Assembly: GCA_965233585.1 (NCBI GenBank)
Contig: CBDDTI010000613.1
Coordinates: 1 to 13,011 of the forward strand
From: a bacterium
GTDB lineage: Bacteria; SAR324; NAC60-12
DNA length: 13,011 nucleotides
Direction: 5' to 3'
Part shown: piece after piece, positions 1 to 9,728 of the stretch
Layout of the letters: each line of letters opens with the position of its first letter
Numbering within the stretch: the first letter of the stretch is position 1
Program-made: the position numbers and the translations under genes
The notes under the pieces: generated by a model
Told to the model about the DNA's origin: nothing
What the model saw: the letters and a program-made list of their open reading frames with translations, nothing else
Database searches by the model: none

Positions 1-399
1 CATTTATGGGTGCGAAGTTCAAAGGTCAAGGTCACAAGGTGACATTCGATTGAAAATGCACAGTCAGCAATTTCTGTTATATGTCATCCGAACTTTTTCC
101 TGTTATTTTTCAACGAATTTCTTCGACACTTGGCTGGTATATCGGCAGTACCTCGCGCATTTACCCTGTGAATTTTCAGTTCCGTACGCTAGAGGTCAAG
201 GTCACAGTGAGACAAAACAGAAAATTGCAGTCAGTGCTGAATCTGCAAATGGCACGATATACTTTAAATACTAGCTCAATACACCCTACATACTTTCTTC
301 CAACGCGGCAAAAAGCCAAGACATCGTTAATCCATGTCCCAGGACCTTTCGACCAAGAACTCGGTTGATGAACCTTCCAAGGTCACAATTTAGTTTGAA

Positions 400-408
400 G
401 GCAGACCT
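400..408 (+). repeat. 3' subterminal inverted repeat GGCAGACCT (present in every monomer)
   Basis: Exact reverse complement of AGGTCTGCC at 645-653. Confidence 0.85.
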
Positions 409-409
409 C

Positions 410-430
410 CCTGTAGGGTTTCCCTACAGG
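410..430. other. Perfect 9-bp stem-loop at element 3' end (present in every monomer)
   Basis: CCTGTAGGG-TTT-CCCTACAGG, ending 7 nt before CTAG (438-441). This matches the Helitron-type hairpin + CTRR end signal. Confidence 0.9.
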
Positions 431-497
431 CTCAATTCTAGGAAATAAAGCACTCACACACACTCAAACGTAGAATCCCATCACTTTGCGGAAGTTT

Positions 498-522
498 AAA
501 AAAAAAAAAGAAAAAAAAGAAA
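498..522 (+). repeat. Interrupted poly(A) tract A12-G-A8-G-A3
   Basis: Read directly; length varies between monomers and accounts for most 823-825 bp variation. Confidence 0.95.
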
Positions 523-530
523 TTTCGAGC

Positions 531-544
531 TGGGTTCGAACCCA
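531..544. promoter_or_regulatory. Palindromic RNA polymerase III B-box-like motif
   Basis: TGGGTTCGAACCCA is a perfect 14-bp palindrome that reads GGTTCGAACCC (consensus GGTTCGANNCC) on both strands. Function not shown. Confidence 0.5.
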
Positions 545-643
545 CCCCTATCTCCCCATCCACGCTTCCACACGTTTAAGTCTTGTATTTTTGCTTTAAA
601 ATTTGTATTTGTGATTTGAATATCACTCCATTGCCCTTTCATT

Positions 644-672
644 AAGGTCTGCCGACAAAGTCGGAAGACCTT
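644..672. other. 5' subTIR/inverted-repeat hairpin (present in every monomer)
   Basis: AAGGTCTGCCGAC-AAA-GTCGGAAGACCTT, 12 of 13 bp paired with one G/A mismatch (651/665). Confidence 0.9.
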
Positions 673-728
673 TCTGTTGTTGTATTGTCTTTTCTTTATT
701 TTTATTATTATTATTTTTTTATTTCTTT
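673..728 (+). repeat. T-rich low-complexity tract with (TTA)4 microsatellite
   Basis: (TTA)4 at 702-713 within T-runs, directly after the 5' hairpin, the usual position of the HINE microsatellite. Confidence 0.85.
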
Positions 729-739
729 CCCACTACCTG

Positions 740-1211
740 CGTTCTGCTGTTTCTCTGCCATTTTACATTGGATCTTTCTCATATTTGGCCAGTTGATAGA
801 TAATAACTTATAGAACAGCTGTATACATTTATGGGTGCGAAGTTCAAAGGTCAAGGTCACAAGGTGACATTCGATGAAAATGCACAGTCAGCAATTTCTG
901 TTATATGTCATCCGAACTTTTTCCTGTTATTTTTCAACGAATTTCTTCGACACTTGGCTGGTATATCGGCAGTACCTCGCGCATTTACCCTGTGAATTTT
1001 CAGTTCCGTACGCTAGAGGTCAAGGTCACAGTGAGACAAAACAGAAAATTGCAGTCAGTGCTGAATCTGCAAATGGCACGATATACTTTAAATACTAGCT
1101 CAATACACCCTACATACTTTCTTCCAACGCGGCAAAAAGCCAAGACATCGTTAATCCATGTCCCAGGACCTTTCGACCAAGAACTCGGTTGATGAACCTT
1201 CCAAGGTCACA
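740..1211 (+). repeat. Three degenerate ~170-180-bp internal core repeats
   Basis: In monomer-1 numbering CAAGGTCACA recurs at 27-36, 197-206 and 378-387. Flanking blocks align between repeats 1 and 2: GATCTTTCTCATATTTGGCCAGTTGATAG vs GAATTTCTTCGAAACTTGGCTGGTATATAG, and GAAAATGCACAGTCAG vs GAAAATTGCAGTCAG. The third repeat is weak. Confidence 0.65.
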
Positions 1212-1465
1212 ATTTAGTTTGAAGGCAGACCTCCCTGTAGGGTTTCCCTACAGGCTCAATTCTAGGAAATAAAGCACTCACACACACTCAAACGTAGAAT
1301 CCCATCACTTTGCGGAAGTTTAAAAAAAAAAAAGAAAAAAAAAGAAATTTCGAGCTGGGTTCGAACCCACCCCTATCTCCCCATCCACGCTTCCACACGT
1401 TTAAGTCTTGTATTTTTGCTTTAAAATTTGTATTTGTGATTTGAATATCACTCCATTGCCCTTTC

Positions 1466-2090
1466 ATTAAGGTCTGCCGACAAAGTCGGAAGACCTTTCT
1501 GTTGTTGTATTGTCTTTTCTTTATTTTTATTATTATTATTTTTTTATTTCTTTCCCACTACCTGCGTTCTGCTGTTTCTCTGCCATTTTACATTGGATCT
1601 TTCTCATATTTGGCCAGTTGATAGATAATAACTTATAGAACAGCTGTATACATTTATGGGTGCGAAGTTCAAAGGTCAAGGTCACAAGGTGACATTCGAT
1701 GAAAATGCACAGTCAGCAATTTCTGTTATATGTCATCCGAACTTTTTCCTGTTATTTTTCAACGAATTTCTTCGACACTTGGCTGGTATATCGGCAGTAC
1801 CTCGCGCATTTACCCTGTGAATTTTCAGTTCCGTACGCTAGAGGTCAAGGTCACAGTGAGACAAAACAGAAAATTGCAGTCAGTGCTGAATCTGCAAATG
1901 GCACGATATACTTTAAATACTAGCTCAATACACCCTACATACTTTCTTCCAACGCGGCAAAAAGCCAAGACATCGTTAATCCATGTCCCAGGACCTTTCG
2001 ACCAAGAACTCGGTTGATGAACCTTCCAAGGTCACAATTTAGTTTGAAGGCAGACCTCCCTGTAGGGTTTCCCTACAGGCTCAATTCTAG
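1466..2090 (+). mobile_element. HINE-like element copy (haplotype A)
   Basis: Same modules as 641-1265. Confidence 0.75.
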
Positions 2091-2288
2091 GAAATAAAGC
2101 ACTCACACACACTCAAACGTAGAATCCCATCACTTTGCGGAAGTTTAAAAAAAAAAGAAAAAAAAAGAAATTTCGAGCTGGGTTCGAACCCACCCCTATC
2201 TCCCCATCCACGCTTCCACACGTTTAAGTCTTGTATTTTTGCTTTAAAATTTGTATTTGTGATTTGAATATCACTCCATTGCCCTTTC

Positions 2289-2913
2289 ATTAAGGTCTGC
2301 CGACAAAGTCGGAAGACCTTTCTGTTGTTGTATTGTCTTTTCTTTATTTTTATTATTATTATTTTTTTATTTCTTTCCCACTACCTGCGTTCTGCTGTTT
2401 CTCTGCCATTTTACATCGGATCTTTCTCATATTTGGCCAGTTGATAGATAATAACTTATAGAACAGCTGTATACATTTATGGGTGCGAAGTTCAAAGGTC
2501 AAGGTCACAAGGTGACATTCGATGAAAATGCACAGTCAGCAATTTCTGTTATATGTCATCCGAACTTTTTCCTGTTATTTTTCAACGAATTTCTTCGAAA
2601 CTTGGCTGGTATATAGGCAGTACCTCGCGCATTTACCCTGTGAATTTTCAGTTCCGTACGCTAGAGGTCAAGGTCACAGTGAGACAAAACAGAAAATTGG
2701 AGTCAGTGCTGAATCTGCAAATGGCACGATATACTTTAAATACTAGCTCAATACACCCTACATACTTTCTTCCAACGCGACAAAAAGCCAAGACATCGTT
2801 AATCCATGTCCCAGGACCTTTCGACCAAGAACTCGGTTGATGAACCTTCCAAGGTCACAATTTAGTTTGAAGGCAGACCTCCCTGTAGGGTTTCCCTACA
2901 GGCTCAATTCTAG
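2289..2913 (+). mobile_element. HINE-like element copy (first haplotype B copy)
   Basis: Same modules as 641-1265, with B-type SNPs. Confidence 0.75.
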
Positions 2914-3113
2914 GAAATAAAGCACTCACACACACTCAAACGTAGAATCCCATCACTTTGCGGAAGTTTAAAAAAAAAAAAGAAAAAAAAAGAAATTTCG
3001 AGCTGGGTTCGAACCCACCCCTATCTCCCCATCCACGCTTCCACACGTTTAAGTCTTGTATTTTTGCTTTAAAATTGGTATTTGTGATTTGAATATCACT
3101 CCATTGCCCTTTC

Positions 3114-3738
3114 ATTAAGGTCTGCCGACAAAGTCGGAAGACCTTTCTGTTGTTGTATTGTCTTTTCTTTATTTTTATTATTATTATTTTTTTATTTCTT
3201 TCCCACTACCTGCGTTCTGCTGTTTCTCTGCCATTTTACATCGGATCTTTCTCATATTTGGCCAGTTGATAGATAATAACTTATAGAACAGCTGTATACA
3301 TTTATGGGTGCGAAGTTCAAAGGTCAAGGTCACAAGGTGACATTCGATGAAAATGCACAGTCAGCAATTTCTGTTATATGTCATCCGAACTTTTTCCTGT
3401 TATTTTTCAACGAATTTCTTCGAAACTTGGCTGGTATATAGGCAGTACCTCGCGCATTTACCCTGTGAATTTTCAGTTCCGTACGCTAGAGGTCAAGGTC
3501 ACAGTGAGACAAAACAGAAAATTGGAGTCAGTGCTGAATCTGCAAATGGCACGATATACTTTAAATACTAGCTCAATACACCCTACATACTTTCTTCCAA
3601 CGCGACAAAAAGCCAAGACATCGTTAATCCATGTCCCAGGACCTTTCGACCAAGAACTCGGTTGATGAACCTTCCAAGGTCACAATTTAGTTTGAAGGCA
3701 GACCTCCCTGTAGGGTTTCCCTACAGGCTCAATTCTAG
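3114..3738 (+). mobile_element. HINE-like element copy
   Basis: Same modules as 641-1265. Confidence 0.75.
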
Positions 3739-3937
3739 GAAATAAAGCACTCACACACACTCAAACGTAGAATCCCATCACTTTGCGGAAGTTTAAAAAA
3801 AAAAAGAAAAAAAAAGAAATTTCGAGCTGGGTTCGAACCCACCCCTATCTCCCCATCCACGCTTCCACACGTTTAAGTCTTGTATTTTTGCTTTAAAATT
3901 GGTATTTGTGATTTGAATATCACTCCATTGCCCTTTC

Positions 3938-4562
3938 ATTAAGGTCTGCCGACAAAGTCGGAAGACCTTTCTGTTGTTGTATTGTCTTTTCTTTATTTTT
4001 ATTATTATTATTTTTTTATTTCTTTCCCACTACCTGCGTTCTGCTGTTTCTCTGCCATTTTACATCGGATCTTTCTCATATTTGGCCAGTTGATAGATAA
4101 TAACTTATAGAACAGCTGTATACATTTATGGGTGCGAAGTTCAAAGGTCAAGGTCACAAGGTGACATTCGATGAAAATGCACAGTCAGCAATTTCTGTTA
4201 TATGTCATCCGAACTTTTTCCTGTTATTTTTCAACGAATTTCTTCGAAACTTGGCTGGTATATAGGCAGTACCTCGCGCATTTACCCTGTGAATTTTCAG
4301 TTCCGTACGCTAGAGGTCAAGGTCACAGTGAGACAAAACAGAAAATTGGAGTCAGTGCTGAATCTGCAAATGGCACGATATACTTTAAATACTAGCTCAA
4401 TACACCCTACATACTTTCTTCCAACGCGACAAAAAGCCAAGACATCGTTAATCCATGTCCCAGGACCTTTCGACCAAGAACTCGGTTGATGAACCTTCCA
4501 AGGTCACAATTTAGTTTGAAGGCAGACCTCCCTGTAGGGTTTCCCTACAGGCTCAATTCTAG
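3938..4562 (+). mobile_element. HINE-like element copy
   Basis: Same modules as 641-1265. Confidence 0.75.
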
Positions 4563-4761
4563 GAAATAAAGCACTCACACACACTCAAACGTAGAATCCC
4601 ATCACTTTGCGGAAGTTTAAAAAAAAAAAGAAAAAAAAAGAAATTTCGAGCTGGGTTCGAACCCACCCCTATCTCCCCATCCACGCTTCCACACGTTTAA
4701 GTCTTGTATTTTTGCTTTAAAATTGGTATTTGTGATTTGAATATCACTCCATTGCCCTTTC

Positions 4762-5386
4762 ATTAAGGTCTGCCGACAAAGTCGGAAGACCTTTCTGTTG
4801 TTGTATTGTCTTTTCTTTATTTTTATTATTATTATTTTTTTATTTCTTTCCCACTACCTGCGTTCTGCTGTTTCTCTGCCATTTTACATCGGATCTTTCT
4901 CATATTTGGCCAGTTGATAGATAATAACTTATAGAACAGCTGTATACATTTATGGGTGCGAAGTTCAAAGGTCAAGGTCACAAGGTGACATTCGATGAAA
5001 ATGCACAGTCAGCAATTTCTGTTATATGTCATCCGAACTTTTTCCTGTTATTTTTCAACGAATTTCTTCGAAACTTGGCTGGTATATAGGCAGTACCTCG
5101 CGCATTTACCCTGTGAATTTTCAGTTCCGTACGCTAGAGGTCAAGGTCACAGTGAGACAAAACAGAAAATTGGAGTCAGTGCTGAATCTGCAAATGGCAC
5201 GATATACTTTAAATACTAGCTCAATACACCCTACATACTTTCTTCCAACGCGACAAAAAGCCAAGACATCGTTAATCCATGTCCCAGGACCTTTCGACCA
5301 AGAACTCGGTTGATGAACCTTCCAAGGTCACAATTTAGTTTGAAGGCAGACCTCCCTGTAGGGTTTCCCTACAGGCTCAATTCTAG
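4762..5386 (+). mobile_element. HINE-like element copy
   Basis: Same modules as 641-1265. Confidence 0.75.
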
Positions 5387-5586
5387 GAAATAAAGCACTC
5401 ACACACACTCAAACGTAGAATCCCATCACTTTGCGGAAGTTTAAAAAAAAAAAAGAAAAAAAAAGAAATTTCGAGCTGGGTTCGAACCCACCCCTATCTC
5501 CCCATCCACGCTTCCACACGTTTAAGTCTTGTATTTTTGCTTTAAAATTGGTATTTGTGATTTGAATATCACTCCATTGCCCTTTC

Positions 5587-6211
5587 ATTAAGGTCTGCCG
5601 ACAAAGTCGGAAGACCTTTCTGTTGTTGTATTGTCTTTTCTTTATTTTTATTATTATTATTTTTTTATTTCTTTCCCACTACCTGCGTTCTGCTGTTTCT
5701 CTGCCATTTTACATCGGATCTTTCTCATATTTGGCCAGTTGATAGATAATAACTTATAGAACAGCTGTATACATTTATGGGTGCGAAGTTCAAAGGTCAA
5801 GGTCACAAGGTGACATTCGATGAAAATGCACAGTCAGCAATTTCTGTTATATGTCATCCGAACTTTTTCCTGTTATTTTTCAACGAATTTCTTCGAAACT
5901 TGGCTGGTATATAGGCAGTACCTCGCGCATTTACCCTGTGAATTTTCAGTTCCGTACGCTAGAGGTCAAGGTCACAGTGAGACAAAACAGAAAATTGGAG
6001 TCAGTGCTGAATCTGCAAATGGCACGATATACTTTAAATACTAGCTCAATACACCCTACATACTTTCTTCCAACGCGACAAAAAGCCAAGACATCGTTAA
6101 TCCATGTCCCAGGACCTTTCGACCAAGAACTCGGTTGATGAACCTTCCAAGGTCACAATTTAGTTTGAAGGCAGACCTCCCTGTAGGGTTTCCCTACAGG
6201 CTCAATTCTAG
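5587..6211 (+). mobile_element. HINE-like element copy
   Basis: Same modules as 641-1265. Confidence 0.75.
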
Positions 6212-6259
6212 GAAATAAAGCACTCACACACACTCAAACGTAGAATCCCATCACTTTGC

Positions 6260-6290
<31 letters not shown>

Positions 6291-6410
6291 AATTTCGAGC
6301 TGGGTTCGAACCCACCCCTATCTCCCCATCCACGCTTCCACACGTTTAAGTCTTGTATTTTTGCTTTAAAATTGGTATTTGTGATTTGAATATCACTCCA
6401 TTGCCCTTTC

Positions 6411-7035
6411 ATTAAGGTCTGCCGACAAAGTCGGAAGACCTTTCTGTTGTTGTATTGTCTTTTCTTTATTTTTATTATTATTATTTTTTTATTTCTTTCC
6501 CACTACCTGCGTTCTGCTGTTTCTCTGCCATTTTACATCGGATCTTTCTCATATTTGGCCAGTTGATAGATAATAACTTATAGAACAGCTGTATACATTT
6601 ATGGGTGCGAAGTTCAAAGGTCAAGGTCACAAGGTGACATTCGATGAAAATGCACAGTCAGCAATTTCTGTTATATGTCATCCGAACTTTTTCCTGTTAT
6701 TTTTCAACGAATTTCTTCGAAACTTGGCTGGTATATAGGCAGTACCTCGCGCATTTACCCTGTGAATTTTCAGTTCCGTACGCTAGAGGTCAAGGTCACA
6801 GTGAGACAAAACAGAAAATTGGAGTCAGTGCTGAATCTGCAAATGGCACGATATACTTTAAATACTAGCTCAATACACCCTACATACTTTCTTCCAACGC
6901 GACAAAAAGCCAAGACATCGTTAATCCATGTCCCAGGACCTTTCGACCAAGAACTCGGTTGATGAACCTTCCAAGGTCACAATTTAGTTTGAAGGCAGAC
7001 CTCCCTGTAGGGTTTCCCTACAGGCTCAATTCTAG
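6411..7035 (+). mobile_element. HINE-like element copy
   Basis: Same modules as 641-1265. Confidence 0.75.
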
Positions 7036-7234
7036 GAAATAAAGCACTCACACACACTCAAACGTAGAATCCCATCACTTTGCGGAAGTTTAAAAAAAAA
7101 AAGAAAAAAAAAGAAATTTCGAGCTGGGTTCGAACCCACCCCTATCTCCCCATCCACGCTTCCACACGTTTAAGTCTTGTATTTTTGCTTTAAAATTGGT
7201 ATTTGTGATTTGAATATCACTCCATTGCCCTTTC

Positions 7235-7881
7235 ATTAAGGTCTGCCGACAAAGTCGGAAGACCTTTCTGTTGTTGTATTGTCTTTTCTTTATTTTTATT
7301 ATTATTATTTTTTTATTTCTTTCCCACTACCTGCGTTCTGCTGTTTCTCTGCCATTTTACATCGGATCTTTCTCATATTTGGCCAGTTGATAGATAATAA
7401 CTTATAGAACAGCTGTATACATTTATGGGTGCGAAGTTCAAAGGTCAAGGTCACAAGGTGACATTCGATGAAAATCTGTTATATGTCATCCGACATTGCA
7501 CAGTCAGCAATTTCTGTTATATGTCATCCGAACTTTTTCCTGTTATTTTTCAACGAATTTCTTCGAAACTTGGCTGGTATATAGGCAGTACCTCGCGCAT
7601 TTACCCTGTGAATTTTCAGTTCCGTACGCTAGAGGTCAAGGTCACAGTGAGACAAAACAGAAAATTGGAGTCAGTGCTGAATCTGCAAATGGCACGATAT
7701 ACTTTAAATACTAGCTCAATACACCCTACATACTTTCTTCCAACGCGACAAAAAGCCAAGACATCGTTAATCCATGTCCCAGGACCTTTCGACCAAGAAC
7801 TCGGTTGATGAACCTTCCAAGGTCACAATTTAGTTTGAAGGCAGACCTCCCTGTAGGGTTTCCCTACAGGCTCAATTCTAG
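7235..7881 (+). mobile_element. HINE-like element copy with 22-bp internal insertion
   Basis: Same modules as 641-1265 plus an insertion at 7476-7497. Confidence 0.75.
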
Positions 7882-8079
7882 GAAATAAAGCACTCACACA
7901 CACTCAAACGTAGAATCCCATCACTTTGCGGAAGTTAAAAAAAAAAAAAAAAAAAAAGAAATTTCGAGCTGGGTTCGAACCCACCCCTATCTCCCCATCC
8001 ACGCTTCCACACGTTTAAGTCTTGTATTTTTGCTTTAAAATTGGTATTTGTGATTTGAATATCACTCCATTGCCCTTTC

Positions 8080-8704
8080 ATTAAGGTCTGCCGACAAAGT
8101 CGGAAGACCTTTCTGTTGTTGTATTGTCTTTTCTTTATTTTTATTATTATTATTTTTTTATTTCTTTCCCACTACCTGCGTTCTGCTGTTTCTCTGCCAT
8201 TTTACATCGGATCTTTCTCATATTTGGCCAGTTGATAGATAATAACTTATAGAACAGCTGTATACATTTATGGGTGCGAAGTTCAAAGGTCAAGGTCACA
8301 AGGTGACATTCGATGAAAATGCACAGTCAGCAATTTCTGTTATATGTCATCCGAACTTTTTCCTGTTATTTTTCAACGAATTTCTTCGAAACTTGGCTGG
8401 TATATAGGCAGTACCTCGCGCATTTACCCTGTGAATTTTCAGTTCCGTACGCTAGAGGTCAAGGTCACAGTGAGACAAAACAGAAAATTGGAGTCAGTGC
8501 TGAATCTGCAAATGGCACGATATACTTTAAATACTAGCTCAATACACCCTACATACTTTCTTCCAACGCGACAAAAAGCCAAGACATCGTTAATCCATGT
8601 CCCAGGACCTTTCGACCAAGAACTCGGTTGATGAACCTTCCAAGGTCACAATTTAGTTTGAAGGCAGACCTCCCTGTAGGGTTTCCCTACAGGCTCAATT
8701 CTAG
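8080..8704 (+). mobile_element. HINE-like element copy
   Basis: Same modules as 641-1265. Confidence 0.75.
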
Positions 8705-8904
8705 GAAATAAAGCACTCACACACACTCAAACGTAGAATCCCATCACTTTGCGGAAGTTTAAAAAAAAAAAAGAAAAAAAAAGAAATTTCGAGCTGGGTT
8801 CGAACCCACCCCTATCTCCCCATCCACGCTTCCACACGTTTAAGTCTTGTATTTTTGCTTTAAAATTGGTATTTGTGATTTGAATATCACTCCATTGCCC
8901 TTTC

Positions 8905-9529
8905 ATTAAGGTCTGCCGACAAAGTCGGAAGACCTTTCTGTTGTTGTATTGTCTTTTCTTTATTTTTATTATTATTATTTTTTTATTTCTTTCCCACTAC
9001 CTGCGTTCTGCTGTTTCTCTGCCATTTTACATCGGATCTTTCTCATATTTGGCCAGTTGATAGATAATAACTTATAGAACAGCTGTATACATTTATGGGT
9101 GCGAAGTTCAAAGGTCAAGGTCACAAGGTGACATTCGATGAAAATGCACAGTCAGCAATTTCTGTTATATGTCATCCGAACTTTTTCCTGTTATTTTTCA
9201 ACGAATTTCTTCGAAACTTGGCTGGTATATAGGCAGTACCTCGCGCATTTACCCTGTGAATTTTCAGTTCCGTACGCTAGAGGTCAAGGTCACAGTGAGA
9301 CAAAACAGAAAATTGGAGTCAGTGCTGAATCTGCAAATGGCACGATATACTTTAAATACTAGCTCAATACACCCTACATACTTTCTTCCAACGCGACAAA
9401 AAGCCAAGACATCGTTAATCCATGTCCCAGGACCTTTCGACCAAGAACTCGGTTGATGAACCTTCCAAGGTCACAATTTAGTTTGAAGGCAGACCTCCCT
9501 GTAGGGTTTCCCTACAGGCTCAATTCTAG
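8905..9529 (+). mobile_element. HINE-like element copy
   Basis: Same modules as 641-1265. Confidence 0.75.
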
Positions 9530-9728
9530 GAAATAAAGCACTCACACACACTCAAACGTAGAATCCCATCACTTTGCGGAAGTTTAAAAAAAAAAAGAAA
9601 AAAAAAGAAATTTCGAGCTGGGTTCGAACCCACCCCTATCTCCCCATCCACGCTTCCACACGTTTAAGTCTTGTATTTTTGCTTTAAAATTGGTATTTGT
9701 GATTTGAATATCACTCCATTGCCCTTTC

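Larger units (their letters stand above)
1..441 (+). mobile_element. Non-autonomous Helentron (HINE)-like element, 3' part, cut by window edge
   Basis: Contains core repeats, 3' subTIR GGCAGACCT (400-408), hairpin (410-430) and CTAG (438-441). Confidence 0.7.
442..640. other. Constant ~200-bp inter-element spacer (present in monomers 1-15)
   Basis: Lies between CTAG and the next ATTAAGGTCT. Contains a short (CA)n, an A-tract (498-522), palindrome 531-544 and a C-rich patch. Confidence 0.75.
641..1265 (+). mobile_element. Non-autonomous Helentron/Helitron2 (HINE, DINE-1/CvA-like) element, first complete copy
   Basis: Seen: 5' subTIR AGGTCTGCC (645-653) inside hairpin 644-672; T-rich/(TTA)4 tract; three degenerate core repeats; 3' subTIR GGCAGACCT (1224-1232, exact reverse complement); hairpin 1234-1254; CTAG 1262-1265. 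Established: this order of modules defines DINE-1/HINE elements. Exact 5' base is uncertain by a few nt; strand follows the DINE-1 convention. Confidence 0.78.

Noticed and set aside
50..274. Repeated 74-aa ORF (MKMHSQQF...)
   Set aside because: No recognisable domain. It lies in degenerate core repeats, has a TTG start in copy 1 (extra T at 50-51), is disrupted in copy 10, and has a frameshifted segment and earlier stop in the diverged copy. Recurrence only reflects the DNA repeat.
81..368. Repeated 95-aa ORF (MSSELFPV...)
   Set aside because: Overlaps the 74-aa ORF in another frame, has no HUH, helicase or other motif, and loses its ATG in the diverged copy.
410..441. Bacterial rho-independent terminator
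   Set aside because: No U-tract follows the stem on either strand and there is no credible upstream gene; the context fits a Helitron-type end.
541..570. G-quadruplex on the minus strand
   Set aside because: Only three runs of 3 or more G, and the pattern is rearranged in the diverged copy.
500..600. Tandem tRNA, 5S rRNA, snRNA or SL RNA gene cluster
   Set aside because: Only a B-box is present. The T-arm stem does not pair properly, no cloverleaf can be drawn, and I recognise no 5S, U snRNA or SL sequence. An Rfam search would be needed to exclude fully.
611..626. Small hairpin GTGAT-N6-ATCAC
   Set aside because: Only 5 bp, and broken in the diverged copy (ATCCC).
400..672. CRISPR-like array suggested by regularly spaced palindromes
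   Set aside because: Intervening sequences are hundreds of bp long and identical between units; no unique spacers and no cas genes.
2087..2290. Minus-strand 67-aa ORF in monomers 3, 13 and 14
   Set aside because: Open only when the A-tract length happens to keep the frame; the poly-Phe comes from the homopolymer.
7425..7808. 127-aa ORF
   Set aside because: Chance fusion created by the 22-bp insertion in one monomer.
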